64,000 bases of DNA from an uncultured Actinomycetes bacterium (lineage in GTDB: Bacteria; Actinomycetota; Thermoleophilia; UBA2241), in NCBI GenBank assembly GCA_963767005.1, contig CAVYCN010000002.1, positions 608,001 through 672,000 on the forward strand, given 5' to 3'. The first letter of the stretch is position 1; the number at the start of each line of letters is the position of its first letter. Of the stretch, positions 46,971 through 56,946 are shown piece by piece. A program made the translations under genes and the position numbers. A model generated the notes under the pieces. That model was not told the origin of the DNA. It worked only from the letters and a program-made list of their open reading frames with translations, and searched no databases.

Positions 46971-48146
46971 ATGTTCCGCGTCTGTCTTGTCAAGCAGCAC
47001 ACCACCTACGACCTGTTCACGCGCACCGGTCCCGACCTGCGCGCCATCGTCGCCTCGTCGAACTGGCGCTCGGGTCCGATCGGCCTGTGGGAGGCCTTCC
47101 CCACCACGGCGCGCATCGTCTGGGAGGACGACGCCACCGAGTGCCGGATCGGCAAGAGTACCTGGAGCCGCTACGTCGAGGGCTGGGACGTGTGGCCGGC
47201 CGACGGCGAGGCGGAGCGTGCGGCGGAGGTCGACTGGGACGCCTACGACGTCGTCGTCGCGATCGACGTGGCGGTGCCCACGCGCATCGTCGCCCGGCAC
47301 CCCCGCGTCCTGTGGTGTTACTACTTCATCGAGGGCGGGCCCGCCAGCATCGACGGCCCCCGCCGCGGCAGCCCCTTCTACGGCTACAACGTGTTCTGCA
47401 GCCAGCGACTGGCCAAGGAGCGCCTTACCGTGGCCTCGCCGGCCATCCGCCGCCTGACGGCGACTCGCCGGACCGTGCTCGACCTGCCGTACTACCTGCA
47501 GTCGTCGCGCTCGATCCGCCAGCTCTATCCGGAGCTCGCAGCGGCGCGCCGCGAGGGCATGTGCCTGTCGCACCACAGCCGCGGGGTGTGCGGCAACTCC
47601 ACCCGCGCCGCCCTCGAGGCCTTCGGTCCGGTGCGCCGCGAGTGGAGCACGCTCAGCGACATCCATCGCGCAGAGATTGCCTCGCGCTACTACGTGGTCC
47701 TGCCCGACAGCGTGCGACGAGCCGGCCTGGGCGTCGTCGAGGCAGTGTCGGCAGGCTGTCTCGCGCTCGCGCCCTCACAGCGCCTCTCCGGGTTTCCCGA
47801 GCTCGTCCTGCCCGAGCTCGACTTCACCACGTTCGACGAGTTGCTGAGCCTGCTCGCCGACCTCGAGGCCGACCCCGCCTTTGCGGGTCGCTGCCTCGCC
47901 GCACAGCAGGACCTGGTCGATCGCTGGTGCTTTGCCAACCCGGTCGCCAACCTCGAGACCGCGCTGCGCGCCTTCAGGGAGTCGCGAGCCACACCGGCGC
48001 GCCAGCGGCACGCCGAGGAGCGCTCGCGGCTGTCGGCGGAGGGACGGCGCCTCGCCGTCGATGAGCTGCGGCGCGTGCGCCGCGCGGCCCGGCGCAGCGG
48101 CGTCGATACGATCCGCTCCGGCGCTGCCCGGCCGGCAACCCCCTAG
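46971..48146 (+). CDS. Hypothetical protein, possibly a GT-B glycosyltransferase-like fold
   Basis: Long GC3-biased ORF; AGLGVVEAVSAGC resembles the GT-B nucleotide-sugar binding motif. Confidence 0.55.
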   Translation: MFRVCLVKQHTTYDLFTRTGPDLRAIVASSNWRSGPIGLWEAFPTTARIVWEDDATECRIGKSTWSRYVEGWDVWPADGEAERAAEVDWDAYDVVVAIDVAVPTRIVARHPRVLWCYYFIEGGPASIDGPRRGSPFYGYNVFCSQRLAKERLTVASPAIRRLTATRRTVLDLPYYLQSSRSIRQLYPELAAARREGMCLSHHSRGVCGNSTRAALEAFGPVRREWSTLSDIHRAEIASRYYVVLPDSVRRAGLGVVEAVSAGCLALAPSQRLSGFPELVLPELDFTTFDELLSLLADLEADPAFAGRCLAAQQDLVDRWCFANPVANLETALRAFRESRATPARQRHAEERSRLSAEGRRLAVDELRRVRRAARRSGVDTIRSGAARPATP

Positions 48147-49684
48147 CGGACCACCAGCCTGTTGCCGGCCGCCGCAGTCTGGCGGTTGCCGGCGGCATCG
48201 GTCGCCGCCACGGTGAAACGGTACCGACCCCGCGGCAACCAGCAGGTGAAGACCCATTGCTGACGGCTATCGACCGCGACGCCGCGCAGCACGGTCTTCT
48301 TCGCCAGCACGCCGCGCGCGTCGACGATCCGGATCGTCACGGTGGCCGTCGGGCTGCCTGGTCGCGGATCGCGGACGAAGAAGCTCAGCGCTGTGCGGGC
48401 GCCGCGCAAGGCGGAGCCGGCCCACAACGCCAGCGGAGTCGGCCGCCGGGTGTCGATACCGACCCAGCCGCGGCGTGTCGCCTCGACGTTGCCGGCGTTG
48501 TCGCTCGCCCGGTAGAGGAAGGCATGGACGCCGTCGCCGGCATGATCCGCCGGCGCCGGCACGGTGAACGTCGAGCCCTGGATCCAGGTCGCACCGCGGT
48601 CCAGCGAGTAACGGATCGCCGCGATCCCCGACCCCCCGGCGTCCGCGGCGTGGACGACGACCCGGGCGGCGCGGTCGTGCCAGCTCGTGGCGCCGATCGT
48701 CGAGGCCGTCGGCGGGCGCGAGTCGGTCCAGCCGCCGCGCCGGGTGGCGAGCATCTGGCCGGCCAGGCTGCTGGCGAAGCCGTGCAACGGATCGACGAAG
48801 GCGACCGACGTGACGTCCTGCCGGGCCGGGTCCGGCTGCGCGCGCCAAGTCAGGCCGCCGTTGGTCGTGGCCAGGACGAGACCACTCGCGCCGACCGCCC
48901 AGCCGTGGCGCCCGTCGACGAAGTCGGCCGTGTAGAGGTCGCCCGCCTTCGCCGGGCGGCGCACGACCCAGCGAGCGCCACCGTCGGTGGTGGCGAGCAC
49001 GATCCCGCCCTCACCGACCGCCCAGGCTCGCGCCGCGCCGTGACTGGCCACCCCGTTCAGGTAGGCAGTGGTCGGCGAGCGTTGCGCTGTCCAGTCGACG
49101 CCGCCGTCGGTGGTAGCGAGGATCGTGCCGGCGTCGCCGACGGCCCAGCCGTGCAGCGCGTCGGCGAAGCTCACCGCGTAGAGGTCTGCCGTCGTCGAGG
49201 TCGGCTGCACGGTCCAGTCGACGCCGCCGTCGGTGGTGGCGAGGACCGTGCCCTGCTCGCCGACCGCCCAGCAGTCGCCGGCCTTGCTGGTCGCACCGAT
49301 CAGGGCGACGGTCGCCGGCGCGGTCTGCGCGGTCCAGTTGACGCCGCCGTCGGTGGTGGCCACGATCGTGCCGTCCGCTCCGACGGCCCAGCCGTCGGCG
49401 GCGTCGGCGAAGGTCACGGCGTACAGGTCGCTCGAGACCGGCGCCTGCTGCGCGGTCCAGCTCGCCCCCCCGTCGGTGGTCGTCACGATCGCCGGCCCCG
49501 GCCCGACCGCCCAGGCGTGCAGAGGGTCGGTCGCCGCCACCGACAGCAGCGGTCCGGGGGCGACCGCACGGCCGGCCCAGCCGGCCGGTGCAGCGCCGGC
49601 GGGCGCCGCGACCACGATGGCCCCGACGACCCACGCCACGGCGACGACGGCTACGGTGCGGAGCGACGATAGCGAGCGCCTCAT
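48143..49684 (-). CDS. Secreted YCF48/BNR-repeat protein with C-terminal Ig-like domains
   Basis: Signal peptide, about six ATTDGGxxW repeats, YRASDNAGNVE and ATDAAGN Ig-like motifs. Confidence 0.88.
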   Translation of the reverse strand: MRRSLSSLRTVAVVAVAWVVGAIVVAAPAGAAPAGWAGRAVAPGPLLSVAATDPLHAWAVGPGPAIVTTTDGGASWTAQQAPVSSDLYAVTFADAADGWAVGADGTIVATTDGGVNWTAQTAPATVALIGATSKAGDCWAVGEQGTVLATTDGGVDWTVQPTSTTADLYAVSFADALHGWAVGDAGTILATTDGGVDWTAQRSPTTAYLNGVASHGAARAWAVGEGGIVLATTDGGARWVVRRPAKAGDLYTADFVDGRHGWAVGASGLVLATTNGGLTWRAQPDPARQDVTSVAFVDPLHGFASSLAGQMLATRRGGWTDSRPPTASTIGATSWHDRAARVVVHAADAGGSGIAAIRYSLDRGATWIQGSTFTVPAPADHAGDGVHAFLYRASDNAGNVEATRRGWVGIDTRRPTPLALWAGSALRGARTALSFFVRDPRPGSPTATVTIRIVDARGVLAKKTVLRGVAVDSRQQWVFTCWLPRGRYRFTVAATDAAGNRQTAAAGNRLVVR

Positions 49685-49871
49685 GAGCCTCCAGCGGAAG
49701 AGCCGTCACCGATCGGCCGGGCCTGCCTCGACCGGCGCGTCTGCGGGCGTCGCCGGCAGACGCTGTCTGAGCAGGTTACACGACCGTCGACGCAATCGTT
49801 ATATCACGCCCCCGTGGCTCCGATATTGCTCATAGGCTGGTACCGCTTCCGAGAGAGGGACGGAGAGGGCC

Positions 49872-50885
49872 ATGCGACACGCACGAGCGCTGCTTCTGAT
49901 CGTTCTCACGACCGCCCTGCTGGGCGTGCCGGTCTGCCGGGCGCTCGCCGAACCCGCGCCGAGCTACGGCGCGGCCGCCCAGACCTTCACCTGCGTCGGC
50001 AAGGTCACCTCAGCCAGCCACGGCAGCGTCACGATCACCGTGCGGCACGCGTCGCTCGCCCTTCAGGGCGCGCTCGGCCAGCGACTCAGCCTGACCGTGA
50101 CGAGCAAGAGCGCGTTCGCGGTCATCTCGCGCGGCACGACCAGGACCGTCACGGCGGCGAGCGTGACGGCCGGCGACCTGCTGGCCGTCCAGGGCACCGT
50201 CGACGCGACCAGCGAGCCCGGCGCGACACTGTTCGACATCTCCACGGCCACCGCCTGGAAACCGCAGGTCCTGAACAGCTTCTACTGCGTGGGCACGGTC
50301 ACGTCGGTGTGCCCCGAGCCCAGCGCCCAGTCACTGACCGTGACCATCGGCCGTGGCTCGACCGGGCTGGGCAGCCGGACGGGCGCGAGCGTGACGATCG
50401 ACGTGCCGACTAGTGCCGGCGTCTACGTGCTCCAGCACCGCCTGGCGACGACCACGACGTTCAACGACCTGACGAGCGGCGACGCCGTGCTGGTCAGCGG
50501 CACCGCCGATCGTACCGACGCGAACGTGCCGCTCTTCGCCGCCAGCCGGGTGCTGGCGACCCACGTCACCGCTGTCGACCAGATCACGTGGTTCGCCCTG
50601 CGTGGCGTCGTCCAGGGGCCCGGCCCGTCGGCCGGCACGCTGTCCGTCACGCTGACGTGCGGCACGCGCGCCGTGCGCACCGACGTCGGCGCCGACCTGA
50701 CCCTCGCAACGACCGCTTCCAGCGTCGTCCGCACGCTCACCGGCGGCGTCGTCTCGACGCTGCCCGTCACCGACGTCGCGGCGGGCGAGTCGATCGCGGT
50801 CACGGGCACCATCGATCGCAGCGTCCCGGCCGTGCCGGTCTTCGAGATCGGCAGCGCCTTCGTCTGGCAGACGGCGACGCCCTGA
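49872..50885 (+). CDS. Secreted Thr/Val-rich protein with three beta-rich repeats (DUF5666-like)
   Basis: Signal peptide; three repeats of the F.C.G.V...GD...V.GT.D pattern. Confidence 0.7.
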   Translation: MRHARALLLIVLTTALLGVPVCRALAEPAPSYGAAAQTFTCVGKVTSASHGSVTITVRHASLALQGALGQRLSLTVTSKSAFAVISRGTTRTVTAASVTAGDLLAVQGTVDATSEPGATLFDISTATAWKPQVLNSFYCVGTVTSVCPEPSAQSLTVTIGRGSTGLGSRTGASVTIDVPTSAGVYVLQHRLATTTTFNDLTSGDAVLVSGTADRTDANVPLFAASRVLATHVTAVDQITWFALRGVVQGPGPSAGTLSVTLTCGTRAVRTDVGADLTLATTASSVVRTLTGGVVSTLPVTDVAAGESIAVTGTIDRSVPAVPVFEIGSAFVWQTATP

Positions 50886-50963
50886 GCGGCTCGCGGCCGC
50901 TCGGGCCGTGGCCCCAACGTAGTCAGGTCACTCGCGACAGACCGCCGACAGCCCGGTGCGCCC

Positions 50964-51725
50964 TCAGGCGGCCCGCCTGTCGGTCATGGCCTCTACCTCG
51001 GCGCGCTCCGTCGTCTCCGCCTGCGCCCGGCGCTCGGCCAGCAGCGTGCGGTAGACGAGCCCACCGACGACGCCGCCGACGATCGGAAAGACGATGAAGA
51101 CCCAGACCTGGCCGACCGCCCAGCCACGCGCCCAGATCGCCGGCGCGAGGCTGCGCGCGGGGTTCACGGACGTGCCGTCGACCGGCAGGCTGACCAGGTG
51201 GACCAGGGTCAAGGTGAGGCCGATCGCAAGAGGAGCGAGCGCGGCGGGCGCGCGTTTGTCGGTCGCGCCGTGGATGACGAGCACGAAGAAGGCCGTGAGC
51301 ACGATCTCGGCGACGATCACCGCGCCGAGGGCGTAGCCGCCCGGCGAGTGGCTGCCGTAGCCGTTCGAGCCGAAGCCGCGCGCCAGGGTGAAACTGTGGA
51401 TGCCGGTGGCGATCGGGTAGAGGACCGAGGCGCCGGCGAGACCGCCGAGCACCTGCGCCGCGATGTACACAGGCAGGTCGCGCGCGCGGAAGCGCCCGCC
51501 CGCCCACAGGCCGATCGAGACGGCGGGGTTCAGATGGGCTCCAGAGATGGGGCCGACCGCGTAGGCCATGGTCAGCACGGTGAGCCCGAAGGCGAAGGCG
51601 ACGCCCAGGTAGCCGAAGCCGAGCCCGGGAAAGGCCGCGCCGATGACCACGCTGCCGACACCGGCGAAGACGAGCCAGAACGTACCGAAGAACTCGGCGC
51701 CGAAGCGCCGGGGCAGTGAAGGCAT
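50964..51725 (-). CDS. aqpZ: Aquaporin Z
   Basis: AEFFGTFWLVF, ISGAHLNPAV, TSVNPARS; GFGSNGYGSHSPGGY loop. Confidence 0.93.
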   Translation of the reverse strand: MPSLPRRFGAEFFGTFWLVFAGVGSVVIGAAFPGLGFGYLGVAFAFGLTVLTMAYAVGPISGAHLNPAVSIGLWAGGRFRARDLPVYIAAQVLGGLAGASVLYPIATGIHSFTLARGFGSNGYGSHSPGGYALGAVIVAEIVLTAFFVLVIHGATDKRAPAALAPLAIGLTLTLVHLVSLPVDGTSVNPARSLAPAIWARGWAVGQVWVFIVFPIVGGVVGGLVYRTLLAERRAQAETTERAEVEAMTDRRAA

Positions 51726-51775
51726 GGTTCCTCCATGAAGTCGACTGGACCTCCTGGGCAGCTTCCCGGGCCTTC

Positions 51776-51941
51776 GCGCGCCTAGTCCCGTCAGGGGACT
51801 GCGTCGCTGCCGCTCAGGCGTGCGTGGCTGCGCTGCGCGCCTAGTCCCGTCAGGGGACTGCGTCGCTGCCGCTCAGGCGTGCGTGGCTGCGCTGCGCGCC
51901 TAGTCCCGTCAGGGGACTGCGTCGCTGCCGCTCAGGCGTGC
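51776..51941. repeat. Perfect 59-bp tandem repeat, about 2.8 copies
   Basis: Unit GCGCGCCTAGTCCCGTCAGGGGACTGCGTCGCTGCCGCTCAGGCGTGCGTGGCTGCGCT at 51776 and 51835, partial at 51894. Confidence 0.95.
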
Positions 51942-53812
51942 TATCCGAGGAGTCCTCGCGCCGCCGCGACCACGTCGGCGGCCGCGATGCCGGCCAGCTT
52001 CAGCAGCTCGGCCGGCTCCCCCGAGCCCGGCAGGTCGCGCACGGCCAGATGCCGCCAGGTGAACGGTTCGGCGGTCGCCGTCAGCGCCGCCACGACCGCC
52101 TCGCCGAGGCCGCCCTCGGCGTAGTGGTCCTCGACCACGACGAGCCGCCCGCCCGCCGCCCGGACACTCGCCGTCAGCGTCTCGCGGTCGATCGGCTTGA
52201 TCGAGTAGAGATCGAGCACGCGGGCGCGCCGGCCCTCGCCGGCCAGCTCCTCGGCCGCCTGGAGGCACTCGTAGAGGGTGACACCCGCGCCGACCAGCAG
52301 GATATCGTCGTCCGGAGACTGGCGCACGATCCTGGAGCCGCCGACGTGGAACTCCTCGTCGGGCGCATAGAGCACGGGATAGGCGCCGCGCGTCGTGCGC
52401 AGGTAGACGACGCCCTCGGTGTCGGCCATCGCGGCCGTGAGCGCGACGGCAGAGGTGGCGTCGCTCGGATAGAGCACCGTCGAGCCGTGTACAGCGCGCA
52501 TCATGGCGATGTCCTCGAGGCCCATCTGCGACGGTCCGTCAGCACCGATCTCGACTCCGGCGTGCGAGCCGCAGAGCCTGATGTCGGCCTGCGATATGGC
52601 CGCCATGCGGATGAAGTCGTAGGCGCGGGTCAGGAAGGCCGCGAAGGTGGCGGCGAAGGGCACGTACCCGAGCGCGCTCAGGCCGACCGCCGCGCCGATC
52701 ATCTCCTGCTCGGCGATGAACGCCTCGAAGAAGCGCTCCGGGTAGGCCTCCTCGAACTCGCCGGTGAAGGTGGAGTTGCCGACCTCGCCGTCGAGCACGA
52801 CCACCTCGGGGCGCGCCCCCAGCGCCACGAGAGCGTCGCCGAAGGCCTTGCGCGTCGCGACCTTCTGTCCGAGGTCGTACCGCGGCAGCTCGACGGTGGC
52901 TCCTTCCCGCACACGCACCGCCACCCTGGGCCCGCGCGGGCGCGGCGGCGTGACCACCCGCAGGTCGCGCTCGCCGCCCAGCGCGCGCACGGCGTCCAGC
53001 GCCATCGTGGCCGGGAGCGGCTTGCCGTGCCAGCCCTCCTTGTCCTCGAGCTCGGGCACGCCCTTGCCTTTGATCGTGCGCGCCACGACGACGGTCGGTC
53101 TGTCGCCGCGCTCGGCCTGCGAGTAGGCGTCGTCGATCTCGTCGACGTCGTGGCCGTCGATCAGGCTCGCGCGACAGCCGAACGCCTCGACCCGGCGGCG
53201 ATAGGCTTCGAGATCCCATTGCAGCTCCGTGGGCCGGCTCTGCCCGAGACGGTTGACGTCGAGGATGACGACCAGGTTGCCGAGGCCGTAGTAGGAGGCC
53301 TTGTCGAGGGCCTCCCACATGGAGCCCTCGGCCATCTCGCTGTCGCCGCAGAGCACCCAGACCCGATAGTCGACCTCGGCGAGTCGCTTGCCGGCGAGCG
53401 CCATGCCCACGCCCGCGGGCAGGCCCTGCCCGAGCGAGCCGGTGGCGACGTCGACCCAGGGGAGCGCGGGTGTGGGATGACCCTGCAGGCGCGAGCCGGC
53501 GCGACGGTAGCCGCTCATGAGCTCCTCGTCGGTGACGACACCGGCCGCCTTGAACAGCGAGTAGAGCAGGGGCGACGCATGCCCCTTCGAGAAGATCAGG
53601 CGGTCGTTGTCCGGCCGGCGGGGATCGTCCCAGTCGTAGTGCAGATGCCAGGCGAAGAGCGTCGCCATGAGGTCGGCGGCCGAGAGGGCCGAGGTCGGAT
53701 GCCCGGAGCCGGCCGCCGTGCTCGAGCGGATGCTGTCGACGCGGAGCTGCCGCGCCAGCTCGTGCACGAAGGCCTCACTCGGCCTGATCTCCTCTTGCGG
53801 CAGCGCGCTCAT
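51941..53812 (-). CDS. tkt: Transketolase
   Basis: SGHPTS, SKGHASP, TGSLGQG, GDSE...N TPP motif, IAEQEM, GADGPSQ. Confidence 0.95.
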   Translation of the reverse strand: MSALPQEEIRPSEAFVHELARQLRVDSIRSSTAAGSGHPTSALSAADLMATLFAWHLHYDWDDPRRPDNDRLIFSKGHASPLLYSLFKAAGVVTDEELMSGYRRAGSRLQGHPTPALPWVDVATGSLGQGLPAGVGMALAGKRLAEVDYRVWVLCGDSEMAEGSMWEALDKASYYGLGNLVVILDVNRLGQSRPTELQWDLEAYRRRVEAFGCRASLIDGHDVDEIDDAYSQAERGDRPTVVVARTIKGKGVPELEDKEGWHGKPLPATMALDAVRALGGERDLRVVTPPRPRGPRVAVRVREGATVELPRYDLGQKVATRKAFGDALVALGARPEVVVLDGEVGNSTFTGEFEEAYPERFFEAFIAEQEMIGAAVGLSALGYVPFAATFAAFLTRAYDFIRMAAISQADIRLCGSHAGVEIGADGPSQMGLEDIAMMRAVHGSTVLYPSDATSAVALTAAMADTEGVVYLRTTRGAYPVLYAPDEEFHVGGSRIVRQSPDDDILLVGAGVTLYECLQAAEELAGEGRRARVLDLYSIKPIDRETLTASVRAAGGRLVVVEDHYAEGGLGEAVVAALTATAEPFTWRHLAVRDLPGSGEPAELLKLAGIAAADVVAAARGLLG

Positions 53813-54070
53813 CGCGACCCTCCTCGCCTCGTTCCCGTACGCATGGTAGACGTGGTATTCCACGGTGATGGGCCGCCAAGCCGTGCCGCCGTCACCATGT
53901 GGGCCGGCCGGTGACCCCGCGCGGGCCCGGGACTGCTCAGGCGTCACCAACGGGCGTCGAGTGCCGCCGTCGCGGGCAGGTGGACTCGAGGACGCCCCAC
54001 CGGACGGCGCCGACCACCACCGACCGGGGCGCGCGCACGGGGAAGGTCAACGAGCGGAAGGGAGACTGTC

Positions 54071-55477
54071 ACGAGCGCGACCGAGTCGGATGCGTTCGTC
54101 TTCTACGGCGCCTTCGGCGACCTCGCCCACAAGAAGATCTTCCCCGCCCTGTACGCCATGGTGAGGCGCGACGGCCTCGACGCACCCATCGTCGCCGTCG
54201 CCCGCGGCGACAGGGACCTCGGCCTGCTCAGGCAGCGGGCGCGCGAAAGCATCGAGCAGCACGGCGGCGGGGTCGACGAGAAGGCCTGCGCCAGGCTGCT
54301 CTCGCTGCTGCGCTTCGTGCACGGCGACTACGATGACGGCGGCACCTACGCGCAGCTTCGCGAGACGTTGGGCGACGCGGCCCACCCCATCCACTACCTC
54401 GCGATCCCACCGGACATGTTCGAGACCGTCGTCGGCAAGCTCGCCGCGTCCGGCTGCGCCGCCGGCGCCCGCGTGATCCTCGAGAAGCCGTTCGGCACCG
54501 ACCTGGCCTCGGCTCGCGAGCTGGACCGGACGCTGCACTCGGTCTTCGCCGAGAAGCGTGTCTTTCGCATCGATCATTTCCTCGGCAAGAGCGCCGTGCA
54601 GAACATCCTCTGCTTTCGCTTTGCCAACACGTTCCTCGAGCCCGTCTGGAACCGCAACTACGTCGACAACGTGCAGATCACGATGGCCGAGGAGTTCGGC
54701 GTGCTCAGCCGCGGCCGGTTCTACGAGGCGACGGGGGCGATCCGCGACGTCGTCCAGAACCACCTCCTCCAGGTGCTCGCTTACGTGGCCATGGAGCCGC
54801 CCCTGCTCGGCTACCGCGAGTCGATCCGCGACGAGACGGTCCGCCTGCTGCGCGCCGTCGAGCCACTCGATGCCGCCGACCTCGTGCGCGGCCAGTACCG
54901 CGACTACCGCGAGGAGCCCGGCGTGGCCCCCGACTCGCGCGTCGAGACCTACGCGGCCGTCCGCCTGCGCATCGACTCGTGGCGCTGGAGGGGCGTGCCC
55001 TTCCTCATCAGGGCGGGCAAGCGACTGCCGCTGACCGCCACCGAGGTGCAGGTCACGTTCAAGGCGCCGCCGCTGGCGCCGCTACGTCCGGCTCGTGGCA
55101 ACCGGGTGCGCCTGCGCATGAGCCCGCAGGTGGTGATGGGGATCGAGGCGCGCATCAAGGGCGAGGGCGAGGGCGGCCTGCTGGGAGGGTCGCTGCGCGA
55201 AGAGGAGCTCCTGGCCGAGTACCCGACCGGCGCCACGGAGCTCGGCGACTACGAGCTGCTGCTCTCCGAGGCGATGCGCGGCGACGCCACCCTGTTCGCG
55301 CGAGAGGACGCCGTCGACGTCGCCTGGTCGATCGTGGAGCCGATCCTGGGCGACGCCACGACGGTCCATCTGTACGAGGCCGGCACCTGGGGGCCCGCCG
55401 CAGCCGACGTCCTGGCTCGAGACGTCGGCCGCTGGCACGAACCCGCCCGGGAGCAGGGGGCGAGCCGGTCTCAGTGA
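54071..55477 (+). CDS. zwf: Glucose-6-phosphate 1-dehydrogenase
   Basis: [36 protein letters not shown]; the Rossmann motif lies upstream of the first ATG (54158), and an in-frame ACG at 54071 follows the RBS. Confidence 0.93.
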   Translation, partial: TSATESDAFVFYGAFGDLAHKKIFPALYAMVRRDGLDAPIVAVARGDRDLGLLRQRARESIEQHGGGVDEKACARLLSLLRFVHGDYDDGGTYAQLRETLGDAAHPIHYLAIPPDMFETVVGKLAASGCAAGARVILEKPFGTDLASARELDRTLHSVFAEKRVFRIDHFLGKSAVQNILCFRFANTFLEPVWNRNYVDNVQITMAEEFGVLSRGRFYEATGAIRDVVQNHLLQVLAYVAMEPPLLGYRESIRDETVRLLRAVEPLDAADLVRGQYRDYREEPGVAPDSRVETYAAVRLRIDSWRWRGVPFLIRAGKRLPLTATEVQVTFKAPPLAPLRPARGNRVRLRMSPQVVMGIEARIKGEGEGGLLGGSLREEELLAEYPTGATELGDYELLLSEAMRGDATLFAREDAVDVAWSIVEPILGDATTVHLYEAGTWGPAAADVLARDVGRWHEPAREQGASRSQ

Positions 55478-55560
55478 AGGAGCCGGACGAGCGCGGCGAC
55501 GTCGTCGGGCTGATCCGCGTCGCGCACCAGCCCGACGAGACACGAGGCCCCTCCCCCTGC

Positions 55561-56946
55561 CTACCATCCGACCGTCTGCTCGAGCTTCTCGAGCAGCGGC
55601 TGCCACCGTACGCTCCGTCCCGTGCCGAACTCGACGCGGTCGGCGTGGGAGAGGACGAGGTTCACGCCGGTGGCCGCCAGCCAGCGCAGCGGCTCCGGTT
55701 CCCACCGCCGGCTGCGATGGCCCACCCAGGGTAGCCGCACGAGCTCGCTGTCGAGCCCGAGGATCAGGTCGCGCAGCGTGCGGCCGGCCAGGTTGGCGGT
55801 CGCCACGCCGTCGCCGACGTAGCCGCCGGCGAAACCAAGGCCGGTGCGCGCATCGTACTCGGCGGTCGTGTGCCAGTCGCGGGTGGCCCCCAGCACGCCG
55901 CCCCAGCGATGGGTGACCTCGACCTCGCCGGCCGCCGGCAGCAGGAGCCGCAGCGCGCGATGCACGCGCTCGTAGATCGCCGCGGGGCGTTCCAGGCGCT
56001 CGCTGATGCGCGAGCCGTAGTAGTAGGGCGCAGTGGTGCCGCCGATCGCGACGCGCCCGTCGGCGGTGCGCTGCGCGTAGACGATCATGTAGCGTCCGTC
56101 GGACAGCACCTCGCGGCCCGCCCAGCCGATCTCGTCCCAGGCGGCGGCCGGCAGCGGCGCCGTGGCGATCATGAAGTCGTAGATCGGCACGACGTCGCGC
56201 TCGTGGCCGGGCAGCTCGACGCTGTAGGCCTCGGTCGCCAGGATGACGCTGCGCGCGGCCACCGAGCCGGCCGGCGTCTGCGCGGCGCCGGGCTCGATCC
56301 CGACGGCCGGCGTGCGTTCGTAGATCGTCGCGCCGAGCTCCTCGACGCGGCGCGCCAGGCCGCGCGCCAGGCGCGCCGGCTGCACGCTCGCGTAGTGGGG
56401 GCTGAAGACCGCGCCGCGACAGCCCTCGACCCGCAGGCGGCTCAGCACGTCGGCCCGCTCGAGCCAGGTCCAGTCGGTCTCGCCGTAGCCGAACGAGCGC
56501 TGCTCGGCCACCACGGCCTGCAGGCGCGGCGTCTGCGCCGGCGACGTGCTGACCCACAGCATGCCGCCCCTGTGGTAGCCGGCCTCGATGCCGTCCTGCT
56601 CGACGACCCGGCCGATCTCGGCGACCGTGTCGATCATCGCCCGCTGCATGGCGACGGCAGCCTCGCGGCCGCTCTCTTCGGCGAGCGTGGCGAGCGGCGT
56701 CGCGAACATCGACGACACCCAGCCGCCGTTGCGGCCCGAGGCGCCGAAGCCGGCGATCTCCTTTTCGAGCACGACGACACGCAGGCCGGGTTCGGCCTGC
56801 TTCAGGTAGTAGGCCGTCCACAGGCCGGTGAAGCCGGCGCCGACGATCGCGACGTCGGCCTCGATCGAACGGTCGAGCGAGGGCCGCGGGACGAGGTCCT
56901 CCGGGGTGTCGTCGAGCCAGAAGCTCCGAGAGCGGTAGTCCGTCAT
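55561..56946 (-). CDS. FAD-dependent amine/amino-acid oxidoreductase (DAO/PuuB-like)
   Basis: IVGAGFTGLW, GASGRNGG, GYVGDGV; translationally coupled to mttB-1. Confidence 0.9.
   Translation of the reverse strand: MTDYRSRSFWLDDTPEDLVPRPSLDRSIEADVAIVGAGFTGLWTAYYLKQAEPGLRVVVLEKEIAGFGASGRNGGWVSSMFATPLATLAEESGREAAVAMQRAMIDTVAEIGRVVEQDGIEAGYHRGGMLWVSTSPAQTPRLQAVVAEQRSFGYGETDWTWLERADVLSRLRVEGCRGAVFSPHYASVQPARLARGLARRVEELGATIYERTPAVGIEPGAAQTPAGSVAARSVILATEAYSVELPGHERDVVPIYDFMIATAPLPAAAWDEIGWAGREVLSDGRYMIVYAQRTADGRVAIGGTTAPYYYGSRISERLERPAAIYERVHRALRLLLPAAGEVEVTHRWGGVLGATRDWHTTAEYDARTGLGFAGGYVGDGVATANLAGRTLRDLILGLDSELVRLPWVGHRSRRWEPEPLRWLAATGVNLVLSHADRVEFGTGRSVRWQPLLEKLEQTVGW

Noticed and set aside
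51776-51941. CRISPR array
   Set aside because: The 59-bp units are identical and contiguous, with no unique spacers
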